From an uncultured Acidobacteriaceae bacterium (GTDB lineage Bacteria > Acidobacteriota > Terriglobia > Bryobacterales > Bryobacteraceae), in assembly GCA_963705805.1 (NCBI GenBank), contig CAVPKW010000006.1, forward strand, positions 629,518 through 693,517: a DNA stretch of 64,000 nucleotides, given 5' to 3'. The position numbers were made by a program, and so were the translations under genes. Positions 17,873 through 27,723 of this stretch are shown here, one piece after another. Under the pieces are notes generated by a model. That model did no database searches. It had not been told where the DNA came from and saw nothing but the letters and a program-made list of their open reading frames with translations. How positions within the stretch are numbered: position 1 is the first letter of the stretch; each line of letters starts with the position of its first letter.

Positions 17873-18289
17873 CTACGCCTCGTCTCGAAAGATCGCCAGA
17901 ATTTCCTTCAACTCGCGGCGCAACTCCTGATACAGGCTGGGCGACCCGGCGAACAGCTCTCCCTGCTTGCGATGGCTTGCGGCGGGGGCGGCCGGCTCGT
18001 GCTTCGGCTTTTCCTCAAGAACCTTGCGTGCGCCTTCGATGGTGAAACGCTTCTCATAAAGAAGGCGTTTGATTTCGAGGACCATCTCCACATCCTTGCG
18101 CCGGTATAGCCGATGACCGGTGCCGGACTTTTTCGGCCCAAGGCCGCTGAACTCGGATTCCCAAAAGCGTAGAACGTAGGGTTTGATGCCCGCCAGTTTG
18201 GCGACCTCGCCAATCCGAAAATAGAGCTTATTCGGGATTTCCGGATCTTCGGTTGCTTTCGAAGCCAAGTCTTCCATGGAAACAGGCAC
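17873..18289 (-). CDS. MerR family transcriptional regulator
   Basis: YFRIGEVAKLAGIKPYVLRFWESEF...GHRLYRRKDVEMVLEIKRLLYE is a typical MerR HTH. Confidence 0.85.
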   Translation of the reverse strand: MPVSMEDLASKATEDPEIPNKLYFRIGEVAKLAGIKPYVLRFWESEFSGLGPKKSGTGHRLYRRKDVEMVLEIKRLLYEKRFTIEGARKVLEEKPKHEPAAPAASHRKQGELFAGSPSLYQELRRELKEILAIFRDEA

Positions 18290-18338
18290 CAGTCCCGAGA
18301 CTAATTGTATCGGGCGGAGCGAATTTTAAAAAGCAGCT

Positions 18339-19028
18339 TCACTGCACCTCGAGCACCACCGACACATTGGCGTGAATGTCCAGATCGCCCGATTCGATGG
18401 GGGTAGTTGCAGGGGGTACCCGCGCCGCCATCATCGCCATGGGCCGCGGTTGCACGGCGGGCATTTCGTTGGGCTCCGCTTGCAGCAGCCCCACCACCCG
18501 AACGTTCAGCGCGCGCGCGATTGTTTCGGCGTTGGCCTTAGCGCGCAGAGCAGCTTCTTCCAGCGCCTTCTCCCGCACGGCTGTATCATCGCGAAGCATA
18601 AATGCAATGCCGTTGATGTTTGTCGCGCCGGAACCGGTCGCTGCATCGATGATATTGCCGAGAGCTGAGAGGTCGTCCTCGGTGACCAGAACGGTATTAT
18701 TTGTCTCATAGCCAGTCAGCTTGGGTGCGTGACCGTTCGAGTAATCGTATTGAGGAGCGATGGAATAACCCGTAGTCTTCACGTCGCCGCTTTTGCCTAG
18801 AGCGCCTTTGACAGCCTGAAGGACCTGTGCCGTTTCCGAGGCGTTCTGCGCGGCTGCTGCCTGTGCCGTTGCGCCCCGCGTAGTGACGCCGATCGAAATC
18901 TGGGCGCGGTCCGGCTTCGCCTTGATGGTCGCTTCACCCGATGCCCGCACAAAGTGAACCTTCGACATGTCTTGCGCCTGGAGCGTGTAACACAGCAGAA
19001 GCAGTGTAAGAAAAACGAAACGCGGCAT
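18339..19028 (-). CDS. SIMPL/DUF541 domain periplasmic protein
   Basis: Signal peptide, ~229 aa. The pattern (GYSIAPQYDY..., IESGDLDIHANVSVVLEV at the C-terminus) is typical of SIMPL-domain 26-kDa periplasmic proteins. Confidence 0.7.
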   Translation of the reverse strand: MPRFVFLTLLLLCYTLQAQDMSKVHFVRASGEATIKAKPDRAQISIGVTTRGATAQAAAAQNASETAQVLQAVKGALGKSGDVKTTGYSIAPQYDYSNGHAPKLTGYETNNTVLVTEDDLSALGNIIDAATGSGATNINGIAFMLRDDTAVREKALEEAALRAKANAETIARALNVRVVGLLQAEPNEMPAVQPRPMAMMAARVPPATTPIESGDLDIHANVSVVLEVQ

Positions 19029-19127
19029 CCGACTAACCTATCAGCCTTCCGCTCAGTATTCAGCGCGGACGGCCGACTACGGTAGTCTTTGAGAGGCGCC
19101 GTGTACTCCTGAAATATCTATGAAGAA

Positions 19128-20705
19128 ATGCGTAAAGCGCTAGCATACGGGCTGCTCATCTTGCTCCTTCTGCTTATAGGCGGAAGTATCTTCGTCCGCA
19201 TCTACCTGAATGGGCTGGCGCCGCGGGCCAAGCGCCGGGTGGTCCAGGCGCTGTCAGATCGCTTTGATGCGGATGTAACGCTGGAATCGCTGCAGCTTTC
19301 GCTCTTTCCCAGGCCGAGAGTGCAGGGCGAACGATTGACGATAAGGCACCGCCAATGGCCGGACCAACAGCCGCTGATCTTCATCAGGCAGTTCTCGGCT
19401 GCAACTGATTTCCGGACTTTGATAAACCGTGACAACCGGGTGGATCTCGTCCGCTTGGAAGGCCTTGAGATCCGCATCCCGCCGCGAGGATCATCGGCGC
19501 TATCGGGCGCGTTTGCGCCAACCGGCGTTCAGCAGGGACAAGACCAGACTCGTTTGCGGTTCGTCATTCGAACGATCATCGCCGATGGAACGCTCTTGGA
19601 AGTGCTGCCCAAGGCCGCCGGCAAAGATCCCCTTCGCTTTGATATAGAGAAGCTCACCCTGCATTCGGCCGGCCCCGGGAAAGCGATGGCCTTTACCGCC
19701 AAGCTGGAGAACGCGAAACCTCCCGGCTTGATTGACACCACCGGAAGTTTCGGCCCATGGCAGAAGGACGACCCGAGATCGACATCAGTTTCGGGAGACT
19801 ATAAATTCCAGAACGCCGACTTGGGCGTCTTCAATGGAATCAGCGGGACGCTTTCCTCCATCGGAAAGTACGGCGGAACGCTGCAGCACATAGATGTGAA
19901 CGGTTCAACGGACACTCCGAATTTTGCGCTGAAGCGGGGTGGAGAACCTGTGCGCCTCACGGCCAACTTTCATTCTGTAGTGGACGGAGCCAATGGAGAT
20001 ACCGTTCTGGATCCGGTAGACGCGAAGTTGCTGCATTCGGAATTCATCTCCCGCGGCGGCGTGACACATCTTCCGGGCGCTGACGGCAAGACCGTATCCC
20101 TAGATGCCATCACAACGAACGCGCGAATGGAGGATATTCTGCTGCTGGTTCTGGGCGACAAGCCGATGCTCACTGGGGATGTCGACTTCAAAAGTAAGAT
20201 TCTCATCCCGCCTGGGGAGGAGGATGTCCTGAATAAACTGCGCCTGGATGGACGCTTCAAATTGATCTCGGCGCTATTCACAAACCCGAAGGTGGCGCAT
20301 ATGCTGGACACATTGAGCGATCGCGCCCGCGGGATCTCAAGAAAAGAAGAGCAGGAAGGGCAGGCGAGCGAGTCAAACGTCGCGTCTGACCTTCGCGGCG
20401 TGTTTAAGCTGAAGGATGGAGTTACTTCCTTCTCGGCCCTATCTTTCACCGTGCCAGGCGCGCTTATCCGGCTGGCTGGCATCTATAACTTGCGTTCCGG
20501 GCAGGTCGATATGCATGGCGTGTTCCGCATGCAAGCCACGCTCTCACAGTCCCAGTCGGGCATCAAGCAGCTGCTCCTGACGCCCCTGGATCCTTTGTTC
20601 AAGAAAAACGGTGCGGGTTTTGAGGTTCCCATTAAAATTACGGGAACTCGCGACCACCCCAGCGTTCAGGCCACGGTATTCCACAAAGAGTTCACCATAC
20701 ACTAG
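19128..20705 (+). CDS. membrane-anchored protein of unknown function (AsmA/DUF748-like)
   Basis: A single N-terminal TM (LAYGLLILLLLLIGGSIFV) followed by a ~500-aa beta-rich region. The family call is tentative. Confidence 0.45.
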   Translation: MRKALAYGLLILLLLLIGGSIFVRIYLNGLAPRAKRRVVQALSDRFDADVTLESLQLSLFPRPRVQGERLTIRHRQWPDQQPLIFIRQFSAATDFRTLINRDNRVDLVRLEGLEIRIPPRGSSALSGAFAPTGVQQGQDQTRLRFVIRTIIADGTLLEVLPKAAGKDPLRFDIEKLTLHSAGPGKAMAFTAKLENAKPPGLIDTTGSFGPWQKDDPRSTSVSGDYKFQNADLGVFNGISGTLSSIGKYGGTLQHIDVNGSTDTPNFALKRGGEPVRLTANFHSVVDGANGDTVLDPVDAKLLHSEFISRGGVTHLPGADGKTVSLDAITTNARMEDILLLVLGDKPMLTGDVDFKSKILIPPGEEDVLNKLRLDGRFKLISALFTNPKVAHMLDTLSDRARGISRKEEQEGQASESNVASDLRGVFKLKDGVTSFSALSFTVPGALIRLAGIYNLRSGQVDMHGVFRMQATLSQSQSGIKQLLLTPLDPLFKKNGAGFEVPIKITGTRDHPSVQATVFHKEFTIH

Positions 20706-20722
20706 AATTCACAACCACGAAT

Positions 20723-21856
20723 ATGAAGCTCACACTCAGCACCTTCGCCGCAGCATCCGCCCTGATGTTATTTGGAAGCGGCCTGGCCGCCGCGCAGAAG
20801 AATGGCCTGGACAAGCAATCGTTTGGCAAGACTCCGGATGGCGAGGAAGTCTTTTTATACACGTTAAGGAATGATTCGGGCATGGAGGTGAAGATTACGA
20901 ACTTCGGCGGCCGCATTACTTCACTGCAGGTTCCGGATAAGGATCATAAGCTCGACGACGTCGTCCTCGGATTCGACAACGTAGACGGCTACACCGCCAA
21001 GCCGGCAAGCACCGCCTATTTCGGCGCCATCATCGGCCGCTATGCGAACCGCCTGGCGCGGGGTACTTTCACGCTGGACGGCCACACCTGCCACATACCG
21101 GCCAATGACGGGCCGAACACGCTCCACGGCGGCTTACAAGGCTTCGACAGCAAGGTTTGGGAGCCGAAGGAAGTACCCGGAGGGGCGCTGGAACTGCGCT
21201 ATCTTAGTCCCGGCGGGCAGGAAGGATTCCCTGGAAACCTCAGCGTCACCGTGCGCTACTCGCTGAATAAACGCAACGAGCTGCGCGTGGATTACACCGC
21301 GACAACAGACAAAGACACGGTTCTGAATCTGACCAATCACTCCTATTTCAACTTGGAAGGCGCCGGCAGCGAGACAATTCTCAACGAAAGCTTACTGCTG
21401 GGCGCGGATCGCTATACGCCGGTCGACAGCACCTTGATTCCAACTGGCGCAATCGATAGCGTGGCGGGTACGCCCTTGGATTTCCGCAAGGAAACCGTAA
21501 TCGGCTCAAGAATCAACGACGACTTCGAGCAGCTCAAACTTGGGAAAGGCTACGATCACAATTTTGTGCTGAATCACCCCGGCGACTTGCGGGCGATTGC
21601 GGCCCGTGTGACCGATCCTAAATCCGGGCGAGTGCTCGAGGTATACACCACGCAACCGGGCGTGCAGTTTTACACCGGAAACTTTCTTGATGGGAAGGTG
21701 CGCGGAATTGGCGGAGTCTACCGGTACCGGTCGGCGCTATGCCTCGAGACGCAGCACTTCCCGGATTCGCCGAATCATTCGAATTTCCCCAGCACGGTGT
21801 TGCATCCCGGCCAGACTTTCCACAGCACTACGGTCTATCGTTTTTCTACCAAATAG
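20723..21856 (+). CDS. galM: aldose 1-epimerase (galactose mutarotase), secreted
   Basis: Signal peptide. GAIIGRYANRLARGTFTLDG, NTLHGG, LTNHSYFNL and LCLETQHFPDSPN are mutarotase signature blocks. Confidence 0.85.
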   Translation: MKLTLSTFAAASALMLFGSGLAAAQKNGLDKQSFGKTPDGEEVFLYTLRNDSGMEVKITNFGGRITSLQVPDKDHKLDDVVLGFDNVDGYTAKPASTAYFGAIIGRYANRLARGTFTLDGHTCHIPANDGPNTLHGGLQGFDSKVWEPKEVPGGALELRYLSPGGQEGFPGNLSVTVRYSLNKRNELRVDYTATTDKDTVLNLTNHSYFNLEGAGSETILNESLLLGADRYTPVDSTLIPTGAIDSVAGTPLDFRKETVIGSRINDDFEQLKLGKGYDHNFVLNHPGDLRAIAARVTDPKSGRVLEVYTTQPGVQFYTGNFLDGKVRGIGGVYRYRSALCLETQHFPDSPNHSNFPSTVLHPGQTFHSTTVYRFSTK

Positions 21857-21867
21857 CGTCCGGAGCG

Positions 21868-22701
21868 CTATTTGTGAAAGCGCCGAAGCGTAAACGCATC
21901 CGGCCGCAAATTGGCATCCTGCAGTTTCTTCCAGTCGTCCGTCACATGAATCAGCTTCCCGCTGATGTGATTGGAGCGTTCTGAGGCAAGAAATGCGGCG
22001 TGGCCGAATTGCACATCCGGAGAAACTCCTCCATTGCGGCGCGTTTCTTTCGCCGCCTGAACGACGCTGGCCTCGAGATGCTTTTCCGCCCGAATGATTT
22101 CGTCTGTGAGGTTCGTATAGGCTGGCCCGGGGTCTAGACAATTCACTTGAACATTGTGGTCGAGCATCTCCACCGCCAACGCTTCCACAAAGCGCGCCAC
22201 CGCGCTCTTGGAGGTGGTGTATGCGGAGAAATTCACCTTCGGAATGGAGTCGCTGTCACACGCCAGGACTATAATTTTACCCGCGCGCTTTTCAATCATG
22301 GACGGCAAAACAGCCCGGCAAGAATGAACCACGCCCAGCAGGTTGATCTGAATCGTCTCCGTCCACGCCTTCAGCGGCGCCTGCAGAAATGAATCCAGTG
22401 GCCCGGAAGTCGCGGCGGCGCAAATTAACACGTCTACCGGGCTTCCGAAGACAACGCGTACGCGATTCACTGCCACCTTGAGCTGTTCCGGCTCCGTGAC
22501 ATCCGCGAGAACGCGAAGGGCCGATCCGCCGGCCTGTTCAATCTCAATGTGCGCCAGGTCGATCTCCGCCTTGCTGCGGCCAAGGAGGCCGATTCTTGCA
22601 CCCGTTTTGGCGAAACCGAGCGCTATGCGCTTCCCGATGCCTCGTCCGGCGCCGGTGATGAGAATGTTCTTGTTCCTAAACTCGCTCTTGGGTGGCGCCA
22701 C
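21868..22701 (-). CDS. SDR family oxidoreductase
   Basis: ILITGAGRGIGKRIA (TGxxxGxG) and the YTTSK catalytic motif. Confidence 0.8.
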   Translation of the reverse strand: MAPPKSEFRNKNILITGAGRGIGKRIALGFAKTGARIGLLGRSKAEIDLAHIEIEQAGGSALRVLADVTEPEQLKVAVNRVRVVFGSPVDVLICAAATSGPLDSFLQAPLKAWTETIQINLLGVVHSCRAVLPSMIEKRAGKIIVLACDSDSIPKVNFSAYTTSKSAVARFVEALAVEMLDHNVQVNCLDPGPAYTNLTDEIIRAEKHLEASVVQAAKETRRNGGVSPDVQFGHAAFLASERSNHISGKLIHVTDDWKKLQDANLRPDAFTLRRFHK

Positions 22702-22789
22702 ACTAACCCTTACGTTCTCAGAAAACGATTCGCTGCGGAGGTTCTCGACTCAAGATTAGAACAATCGTATTGGGTGTGCGCCGGCTCGC

Positions 22790-23566
22790 CTAATGTCTCT
22801 CCGCGCTCATGGCGTCGAGGGTAACGCGCGCCCGCTGAAAGCCGGCGGATGTCACATGCACGCATCCCTGGAAGGGCCGGTTGATGTCGGCGATAGCGAC
22901 GAGCACTAACGAAAGCATGAGAGAGAGCATGAAGACCTGGATGAAGTGAAGCTTGAAATCCACGCCGCCGAACAGGCAGGCGGAGACTATGGTAATGATT
23001 GCACCGACGATCAGTATGGTCCACAGGATCGTCGGCATACCCGACAGTGCCTGCAACTGGCGCAGCCTGCGCCGCGCGGTCATATCGGAAAGTTCGGTAA
23101 TTGTATGGTCGAAGCTGGTCTGTTCTGTGAAGTCAGACAGTTTCCCGCTGGTGGTTGCTGCCCACAGTTTCTGCACGATGACGTGCGATTGCGGGCTAAA
23201 GCTGAGTTGGTTCATCGCGGGCCATTCCTGCTTGAGCATGACATCCACATACTGGCTGGCGAGACTCTCAATCTCTTGTCTTTGCGCGGCCGGAAGGCCT
23301 TGCGCAACACGCACCACGTTCATGAGGGACGTGGCTTCCGCCTCGGCATTGCCGTCCGCCTGCTCGAAGTTTGTCCAAACAGCATAGAGCATGAACCCGA
23401 TAATCACGGCGTAGGTGGTGCCGATGACCGTCACCTGCCATCCGATCAGATCATTGTGCAGCTGCCGCTGCTCGCTGGGCCAGATGCGCCGCACCAGCCA
23501 TAAAACCAGGATCGACGCGGTTACCACGGAAATGACGATTGCGAAGTTTTGAGATATGTTTAGCAT
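22790..23566 (-). CDS. membrane protein, DUF4239-like
   Basis: Three or four TM segments with a central soluble region. The ORF opens at 23599, but the ATG at 23566 (MLNISQNF...) leaves room for the divergent neighbour. Confidence 0.5.
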   Translation of the reverse strand: MLNISQNFAIVISVVTASILVLWLVRRIWPSEQRQLHNDLIGWQVTVIGTTYAVIIGFMLYAVWTNFEQADGNAEAEATSLMNVVRVAQGLPAAQRQEIESLASQYVDVMLKQEWPAMNQLSFSPQSHVIVQKLWAATTSGKLSDFTEQTSFDHTITELSDMTARRRLRQLQALSGMPTILWTILIVGAIITIVSACLFGGVDFKLHFIQVFMLSLMLSLVLVAIADINRPFQGCVHVTSAGFQRARVTLDAMSAERH

Positions 23567-23607
23567 GCGTTTAGCCGGCTCTTCTCGCGTACACTTCAAA
23601 TTAAGCT

Positions 23608-24651
23608 ATGACATCCAGACTGGCTTTCGCTCTCGCACTTTTTAGCATTTGTTCAGCGCGGCTGAAAGGCGCTGAAACGCCTTCGACGGCTTTGCTGGCC
23701 CTTGCCAAAACCGATCACACTTTGGCGATCGTTGATCCCGCGACGCTCAAGGTGGTGGGCCGGGTTCCGTCAGGGCCTGATCCGCATGAGGTTATTGCGT
23801 CCTCCGACGGCGCCCTCGCTTATATTTCCAATTATGGCGGCGGGGCCTACAACACTATTACCGTGGTGGATCTTGTTCGCCAGGAAACCCTGCCCGTCAT
23901 CGATCTCGGCCCCCTTCGCGGGCCTCACGGTCTGGTCTTCATTGGCGGCAAGCTTTGGTTCACGGCGGAAGGCGCCAAAGTCATCGGCAGTTACGATCCT
24001 TCAACGAAAAAGGTCGATTGGGTTCTGGGTACGGGTCAAGACAGAACTCATATGATTTACGTCTTCAGCGGCCTGAAGCGGATGATCACATCGAATGTCA
24101 GCTCCGGGACCATGACCATTGTCGAAGAGCGCGCCGGACGCCCGCCCGGTCCTCCTCCGGGCGGCCGCGGCCCCGGAGGCCCCATGGGACCTCCGCATAC
24201 GGATTGGGAGGAGGCCGTGGTACCCGTTGGTCATGGCGCCGAGGGCTTTGACGTTTCTCCCGGCGGCAAGGAAATATGGGCCGCCAACGCGCAGGACGGC
24301 ACCATTTCGATTATCGACCTGGCCAGTAAGAAAGTAGTTCAAACGCTCGATGCGAACGTCACGAGTGCAAACCGCTTGAAATTCACGCCCGACGGCAAAC
24401 TGGTCTTCGTTTCTATGTTGGGCGCGCCCGACGTAGCGGTATTTGACCCGGCTACCCGGAAAGAAGTGAAACGCATAAAGGTGGGTCATGGCGCGGCGGG
24501 TATTCTGATGCAGCCTGACGGCGCACGCGCTTTTGTGGCCTGCACGCCGGACGATTATGTCGCAGTCATCGATCTGAAGTCCCTGGAAGTAACCGGGCAT
24601 ATCGCCGCTGGCAAGCAACCGGACGGTCTAGCCTGGGCGGTGCGGCAATAG
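23608..24651 (+). CDS. YVTN-type beta-propeller repeat protein, secreted
   Basis: Signal peptide and repeated motifs (G..P..V..S.DG...YV.N). It also carries an unusual Pro/Gly-rich insert, RPPGPPPGGRGPGGPMGPP. Confidence 0.6.
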   Translation: MTSRLAFALALFSICSARLKGAETPSTALLALAKTDHTLAIVDPATLKVVGRVPSGPDPHEVIASSDGALAYISNYGGGAYNTITVVDLVRQETLPVIDLGPLRGPHGLVFIGGKLWFTAEGAKVIGSYDPSTKKVDWVLGTGQDRTHMIYVFSGLKRMITSNVSSGTMTIVEERAGRPPGPPPGGRGPGGPMGPPHTDWEEAVVPVGHGAEGFDVSPGGKEIWAANAQDGTISIIDLASKKVVQTLDANVTSANRLKFTPDGKLVFVSMLGAPDVAVFDPATRKEVKRIKVGHGAAGILMQPDGARAFVACTPDDYVAVIDLKSLEVTGHIAAGKQPDGLAWAVRQ

Positions 24652-24668
24652 ACCTGCAAATGGACGCC

Positions 24669-25388
24669 TCAGAGGCTCATCCATTCGCGAAAGCGCTGCG
24701 CCTGGCGTCTGGATACTTCAATCGCCTGGCCGTCTTTCATAGTGAGACGCAACCCGCCCGAAAACCAAGGTTCGACATTTTTGACCCAATGCAGGTTGAC
24801 GATGTGTTTACGGCTGGCGCGAAAAAAGAATTGTGGATCCAATCGCGTTTCCAGATAATTCAGCGTTTTCGGAATCAGGGGGCGGTGCGTGCCGAACCAG
24901 ATGCGGGTATAGTTTCCTTCTGTTTCGAAGAAGCGCACGTCGCTGAGCGGTACAAACCAACAGTTTTCGCCGTCCTTCACGAAGACCCGGTCGGCTGGGC
25001 ACAGAACGTCGCGGCGCGGGTGGGCGTCTGCTTGTTGCGTGACGATTTGCCGCGCGCGGTCCAGCGCCTGTGCCAGACGCTCAGGCTCTACCGGCTTTAC
25101 CAGGTAATCAAGCGCGTTGCGGTCAAACGCTCGAACGGCGAATTCGCTATACGCTGTGCAAAAGATCACGGGAGGAGCCGAGTCCAGACTGGCTAGGAAC
25201 TCGAATCCATCGCGGCCGGGCATCTGAATATCCAGAAACAGCAGGTCAGGCTGCGCTTCTCGCAGCAGTACCTCAGCCTCGTCCGCGGTAGATCCTTCGC
25301 CGGCGATCTCAATGTCATTGTGCACGGCAAGCAGCCGGCGCATTTCGGCTCGAGCCAGCCGGGAGTCTTCAATCAGAACGACTTTCAT
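24669..25388 (-). CDS. LytTR-family response regulator
   Basis: REC domain (MKVVLIEDSRLAR...DLLFLDIQMPG) followed by a LytTR DNA-binding domain (...FFRASRKHIVNL). Confidence 0.85.
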   Translation of the reverse strand: MKVVLIEDSRLARAEMRRLLAVHNDIEIAGEGSTADEAEVLLREAQPDLLFLDIQMPGRDGFEFLASLDSAPPVIFCTAYSEFAVRAFDRNALDYLVKPVEPERLAQALDRARQIVTQQADAHPRRDVLCPADRVFVKDGENCWFVPLSDVRFFETEGNYTRIWFGTHRPLIPKTLNYLETRLDPQFFFRASRKHIVNLHWVKNVEPWFSGGLRLTMKDGQAIEVSRRQAQRFREWMSL

Positions 25389-25392
25389 ACCG

Positions 25393-26420
25393 TCAGGTCA
25401 TGCTTAAAGGAACTTCGGCGATGGCCGCCACATACATTGCATCCTTATTCCGCAGCGACAACTCCGCGTTCGCGCCACACAGCAGGCGAAGGCGTTCCCG
25501 CGCGTTCACCAATCCGACTCCATTCCCTGCCTGCGCGCTCAACTGGCCGGTGTTCTCCACATGCAGCAGAAGCTGATTCATCTCAATCCGCGCACTTACT
25601 AGAATTTCCCCCCCGACGGGTTCTTAGCAATGCCGTGCTTAATCGCGTTCTCTACCAGCTGCTGCAGCAGCATCGGAGGAATCTCAGCTTTGGCCGCACT
25701 CTCTTCAACATCGAAGTTCCACGTCAGGCGCTCTTCAAACTGCAACTTTTCGAGATCCAGATAAGCGGAAACCACTCGCATTTCCTGCGACAATGGCACG
25801 CATTCATTCCGTCCGATCTCGAGAGCGTAGCGTAACAGCTCTGAGAGGCGCAGCAGCATTTCCCGCGCCCGCTCGCTGTCCTCCGAGACCAGCGAACGCA
25901 GGTTGTTCAAGCAGTTGAACATAAAATGCGGATTGACTTGCGCCTTCAGAGCCCGAAGCTCGGCGTCTCTGAGGCTGGCTTCCAGGCGCAAGCGTTGCAC
26001 TTCGCTTTCACGATAGAGAAACGCGTGCTCGAACCCCAAATAAAAGGCCGTCCACAGCACGAACAGAAGAAAGGAATAAAGGGCGTACCCCCACATGTTC
26101 CGCAACTCCACCGGCAGAGTAGCGGCCCCGCATGCAACCACGACCGGTGTTGCGGCCAGTTGCACCGCGACCGCGAGAAGCGCGCACAGACCGAGCGACT
26201 GCAACAGGAGCCGTCCAATGGGCAGCTCCAGCCAATGCCTGCTGCGTATGACCCAACGGATGGCGTGTGAGGCGGCCACGTGCAGCAATGCAAGCGCGGG
26301 AATGGCATGGAGCAAAGGGCGGTTATGCGCATACAGCGCCACAAGTCCGGTGAAGTAGGCGAAGTAGCTTCCCCAACCGAACGTCTGGAGCGCCCAATAG
26401 AGAATCCGGCGGCTGCTCAT
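25393..26420 (-). pseudogene. LytS/YehU-type sensor histidine kinase interrupted by a frameshift in a C7/G7 homopolymer
   Basis: ORF 25599-26420 carries the TM region, the His_kinase block (VNPHFMFNCLN) and the start of the ATPase domain (ENAIKHGI...PSGGKF*). ORF 25393-25581 continues the ATPase domain (LLLHVENTG...GNGVGLVNARERL) in another frame. One extra G in the run at 25608-25614 restores ...PSGGEILVSARIEMNQLLLHVENTG. Confidence 0.75.
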
Positions 26421-26586
26421 TTCATGAACTCATCCACCTGCGAATAGAACCACTCCGGCGCATCGAGTTGAATAAAGTGTTTGGACGTGTCGCTGAGAAC
26501 GATCCTGGTTCCAGGATGCCCTTCGAACTGCGCCGCGTAAGCCGCCAGATCGCTCTCGTGTGTAACACCATAGTTTTTATAAGCGA

Positions 26587-27291
26587 TCAACTGCCCAATA
26601 CCAGTACTGGAACGGTTATCTTGCTCATTTCGGGCCGAATATCGGTTGTCATCATCTCCGACATTGCTTCGGCGATCGTCGCGCGGCCGGAGGTGAGAAC
26701 CACTTTGAGTTCCCGATTCACGTTTGCCGGTGAAGTAATCATGGAGGCAAGAATCTCGCGCTCGTTGGTCTCGTACTGCTCCTCGGAACCGCTCTCGATC
26801 CCTTGCTTCATGCCGGCGGCCATATTGCGCGCTCCTTCGGGAGAAATGGCTGGATTCATTATTGCCGCGAGATAAGGCAGCCCATCTACGCTAATGATTT
26901 TCCCCGGAAGATCGGGATACGCCGCAGCGAGCCATAGCGCCACAAATCCGCCCAGGCTGTGGCCGATGATAACGGGGTGGTCCAGCTTATTCTGCTGTAT
27001 GTAATCGGCCACGCCGTCGCGCACGGTCTTTAGGTAATCGGCGGCGTGAATCGCCGGCGTTCCGCCGAAGCCCGCAAGGGTTAGGGCGTGGGTTTGGAAT
27101 CCCTCGGCGTTGAGATGGGTCACGGTTCCGCTCCAGACCTCGGCCGAACATCCCAGTCCTGGAATCAGAATGACGGGCCTGCCGTGCCCTTCCACATCCA
27201 CGGTGAAAGAGGGCATGTGGCGCTCTTCGGCTTTCAAAAGAGCGCCCGGCAAAAGGCAAATTGACATGAGGAGTAACAATTTTTGTTTCAT
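26587..27291 (-). CDS. alpha/beta hydrolase, secreted
   Basis: Signal peptide MKQKLLLLMSICLLPGALLKA (ATG 27291; the ORF opens at 27429). Nucleophile elbow GHSLGG. Confidence 0.75.
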   Translation of the reverse strand: MKQKLLLLMSICLLPGALLKAEERHMPSFTVDVEGHGRPVILIPGLGCSAEVWSGTVTHLNAEGFQTHALTLAGFGGTPAIHAADYLKTVRDGVADYIQQNKLDHPVIIGHSLGGFVALWLAAAYPDLPGKIISVDGLPYLAAIMNPAISPEGARNMAAGMKQGIESGSEEQYETNEREILASMITSPANVNRELKVVLTSGRATIAEAMSEMMTTDIRPEMSKITVPVLVLGS

Positions 27292-27398
27292 AGGTCTATG
27301 GTTTGGCTGATGCGGCGCCGTGTCGCGTGTTTTTGGACGAGCGGCGCGCAGCGCCGATGAGCGGTTGCGCGGCGCCGCGGTGCTAGCATGAGGACGTA

Positions 27399-27713
27399 GT
27401 GAAGCTCGCCGACCTTTTAAAGGCTGCAAAATATTCGAAATACGCTAATGTCGAACACGCCAAGAAATTCGCGAAACACGTTGTTCCTGAGGTAATCAAG
27501 CCGGCTCGGATTATCTGGAATCAGGCCATTGGGGGCGTTTTCCTGCTGTTTGCAGTGCTGTTTTTCAGCTACGCCTACCACTATTCCAAGACCGATTCAA
27601 ATAACCCTGTCGGACTTGGCTTTTCAGTTTTCCTCGGCGCGATCATGAGCTTTTTTGGCGTAAGTTCTTTTTTGAGAGCCCGCCGGATCGGCCGCACCGC
27701 GGTGCGCCGCTAG
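27399..27713 (+). CDS. small membrane protein (2 TM), hypothetical
   Basis: 104 aa with two clear hydrophobic helices. GTG start. Confidence 0.45.
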   Translation: MKLADLLKAAKYSKYANVEHAKKFAKHVVPEVIKPARIIWNQAIGGVFLLFAVLFFSYAYHYSKTDSNNPVGLGFSVFLGAIMSFFGVSSFLRARRIGRTAVRR

Positions 27714-27723
27714 GGTTTTCGGT

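Noticed and set aside
23608-24651. The Pro/Gly-rich insert (RPPGPPPGGRGPGGPMGPP, about 24130-24190) in the YVTN propeller as a sign of a mobile insertion or frameshift
   Set aside because: The reading frame is continuous and propeller-like sequence resumes on both sides. It is most simply a low-complexity loop.
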